Below, one piece after another: positions 62,810 through 64,000 of a DNA stretch of 64,000 bases. The first letter of the stretch is position 1. Each line of letters starts with the position of its first letter. The position numbers were made by a program, and so were the translations under genes. The notes under the pieces were generated by a model. That model worked only from the letters and a program-made list of their open reading frames with translations, did no database searches and was not told the DNA's origin. This DNA is from Macrostomum lignano (lineage: Eukaryota), in the NCBI GenBank assembly GCA_002269645.1, contig NIVC01001520.1, positions 210,884-274,883 of the forward strand. The letters run 5' to 3'.

Positions 62810-63030
62810 ACATTCACACGCTCACACAGGGTGAACAGCGGCCCTGACTTTTTAATTGTCAGGCATTTACACTCTGTGTGCCCTGGGGGTTGGCCCTCAT
62901 GGCTGTGAATCGCACTTCAACCCATGGGTCAATTTTTTCGTTCACGAAGCCCCAAGTGAATGAGTGTTTGCGCACGGAATCGAACCAAGGGATCGCGGCC
63001 CGAGAGTCAGGCGCCTTTGCCGCGAGCTGC
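62810..63030 (-). mobile_element. tRNA-derived SINE family B
   Basis: Reverse complement has B box ggttcgattcc, followed by a body homologous to 5035-5185. Confidence 0.65.
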
Positions 63031-64000
63031 TCTGCATTTCGAACCTATCGATCTACTCTCGTAATTAAAAAATGCAAAAAATTAAACAGTCTTCAGTGTA
63101 GAGAGTTAAGTGTTGAAACGCTCATCAACTGCTACACCTGTGTTGTTCGGATTTTAACTCGAGTTGAAAAAATTGGCGCAGCGACTCTGGCAATTTTAAC
63201 GCACTGCAAATTTCAAACCATATTTATAGTTACGCGTGCAGTCGGCGGAGTGCAGAGCGCGCAGTTGCGTCAATCAGGGCTTGCCATGCAATTTGGCCTG
63301 GCCAGACTATTTGCATAGCAACTAGGTCTGTCACCAAATCTATGTGAACCATTAATTAGATCTAGGCACAGTTTAGATTAGAAAACCATAAACTGGCCTG
63401 CGAAACAAGGACTGTCAGCTACAGCTGACCTGCCCAAAGTGCCATTAGGGGGGGGAAGTGAAGTTCAGTTCCTGATTAAGTGTAGTTGGGAATTTTTGTA
63501 GTGCTTCCCGTGATAAATTTGAACCGGAAATCTTGAGGAAAAAGTTCCAAAGTTTAAAAACCTAAACTATTGACTCAAGAAGACAGAGACAGAATGGATG
63601 GAATTCTAGCAAAATTTATCAAAGACATGACACAAGCCAGGTTGCAACTGCCCTGAAGGCTTCACATTTTTTTCTTTGAAATTTAATAATCTGCCCCCTC
63701 TCGTGCACATTTACTAATAGTAGTACATATAAAAAATAATATTCAAACCCATATTCGAGCTGTCAACCGTTCGCAATGCTAAGCAAAAAAGCAAAGCATT
63801 CAAAACGAAACAAATGTGGGTCCCGGTCGCATCTTTTAGGCTTGAAAATTTCTATACACCTTCCTGTGTATAGCTATAGGGTATTTTTATTGTGCACTAA
63901 ACAACAGGAAGAGAGCAATGATGCCAGTTCGCTGGGGCGAAAGACTGACTCCCTCTCTGCCTTTCTCTCTCACTGTACGAGCCAGCTGTTTTCACCCCCA

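Overview
Repeat-rich animal genomic DNA with GT-AG introns, GC-rich exons and many micro/minisatellites. It is not prokaryotic and has no CRISPR array. The gene content looks lophotrochozoan and my impression is a free-living flatworm such as Macrostomum, but the species cannot be shown from this window. Supported genes: a stand-alone secreted AMOP-domain protein (5.5-6.2 kb), a tetrapeptide neuropeptide precursor (10.9-11.9 kb), a 10-exon internally duplicated ankyrin-repeat gene (13.2-18.7 kb), an orphan secreted twin-CX3C protein (22.1-22.5 kb), an SLC22-type transporter with one frameshift (26.9-29.4 kb), a TRPC channel (34.5-46.5 kb), FoxJ2/3 (50.2-51.8 kb), a PMF1/Nnf1-like kinetochore gene (54.9-55.4 kb) and an intronless RpL24 (56.8-57.3 kb). 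Mobile DNA: three MITEs with perfect 8-bp target-site duplications plus a fourth with an imperfect one, a mariner remnant, two tRNA-derived SINE families and a candidate solo LTR that splits a minisatellite. The standout is the neuropeptide precursor: signal peptide, then 36x GFIN + 1x SFIN + DYFK + GFFD, each followed by KR, then a two-Cys tail. It looks like a strongly amplified, divergent achatin-type (D-amino-acid peptide family) precursor. All family assignments come from remembered motifs; no database search was run.
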